Origin: Felis catus
Taxonomy: Eukaryota
Direction: 5' to 3'
Assembly (NCBI RefSeq): GCF_018350175.1
Contig: NC_058373.1
Location: forward strand, 103,914,001 to 103,978,000
Length of the DNA: 64,000 bases
Under the pieces are notes generated by a model. It was not told where the DNA came from. It saw only the letters and a program-made list of their open reading frames with translations, and did no database searches. Position numbers and translations under genes: made by a program. Shown here one piece after another: positions 63,167 to 64,000 of this stretch (positions are counted from its first letter, which is position 1; each line of letters starts with the position of its first letter).

Positions 63167-64000
63167 GGAAGAATTTCTAAAGTATGGATTTTGTGGCATT
63201 CTTTTTCCTCTGGAAGCTGGATGGCTAATTTTTTTTTCCTCTCAAATATGATAATGCTACTTTGTCTCAGGATTAGATGTTTAAATTGCATATACATACT
63301 GAATTAAAGGTTAGAGTCCATGAAAATAGAGCTTGGACCAGGAACATAGTTGGAGCAAATGACAGTTAAGAGCTGTCTGCTATCTGCACATTTTGCTAGA
63401 ATTAAGATTGAAAATGTATTGAAGATAAAAGAGATGAGGAAAACGGGAATGACCTGGATTTCTAGAACTCCTAGTTTAACGTTTAAGTGATTATCTGTGC
63501 TATAATAAAGCGCAGATAATTATTATGTTGCGTGCATACGTTATCATTAAGATACCCAGATATATAATTCATATATGGGATACTCCTATAGATTAACATG
63601 AACATATATACGAGTTCTCATTTACTTAAAATGCTAGGACATTAACAGTGATTTAAATGATCTCTCTCACACTCACGTTCGTATACAGGTTATACTATTA
63701 CATTTGCCAGATAATTAATGTCCTCTGTCTATATTTAACATGATTTGATTTCCTTTAAAGATAGCTAATGAGATAAAACAGGCACTATGAACCAGTTAAA
63801 TCAACCACCTAATCTTGCACATGAAACATTAAACAGAAAGGAAGCATCTGCAATTAGCAAATTGCTTTGATGTGACTAAATATCTGGCTCTCTCTGTCAC
63901 CAACATTGTGGGTCTAAGTCCCAGATGATCTAGACGTGCTGAATGTAAACATAACAAGCATGCATCTTTTCGTGTAGCTCCCTTCTTGAGGCTGGTAGTT

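Noticed and set aside
1..64000. CRISPR array, prokaryotic operon or intact autonomous retroelement
   Set aside because: Mammalian DNA; repeats are dispersed SINEs rather than regularly spaced repeat-spacer units, and no RT, integrase or transposase ORF is present.

Overview
64 kb of mammalian non-coding DNA, almost certainly from a felid (cat family): the youngest SINEs have the SINEC_Fc/CanSINE signature (GGGGCGCCTGGGTGGCGCAGTCGGTTAAGCGTCCGACTTCAGCCAGGTCACGATCTC..., CT-rich linker, A-tail). I can support no protein-coding gene; the ORF track is explained by SINE antisense frames, microsatellites and chance. There are three zones. (1) 1-5.9 kb is nearly free of recognisable transposons and rich in homeodomain-type motifs. 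(2) About 8.2-47.0 kb is a dense transposon field: roughly 59 CanSINEs by hand count, many nested with readable target-site duplications (TSDs), plus L1, L2, MIR, MaLR/ERVL LTR and hAT relics, and a tailless 3'-truncated U6 retrocopy at 22764-22834. (3) 47.0-64 kb has only one short SINE and one L1 scrap and looks like clustered conserved non-coding/enhancer sequence of a gene desert or large intron near a developmental regulator (inference; I cannot name the locus). I found no evidence of a new multi-gene system. The most notable signals concern retrotransposition mechanism, a small direct-repeat/inverted-repeat cassette at 4.1 kb, and candidate regulatory or lncRNA-exon elements. Subfamily names of old repeats are from recollection of consensus sequences and their boundaries are approximate.
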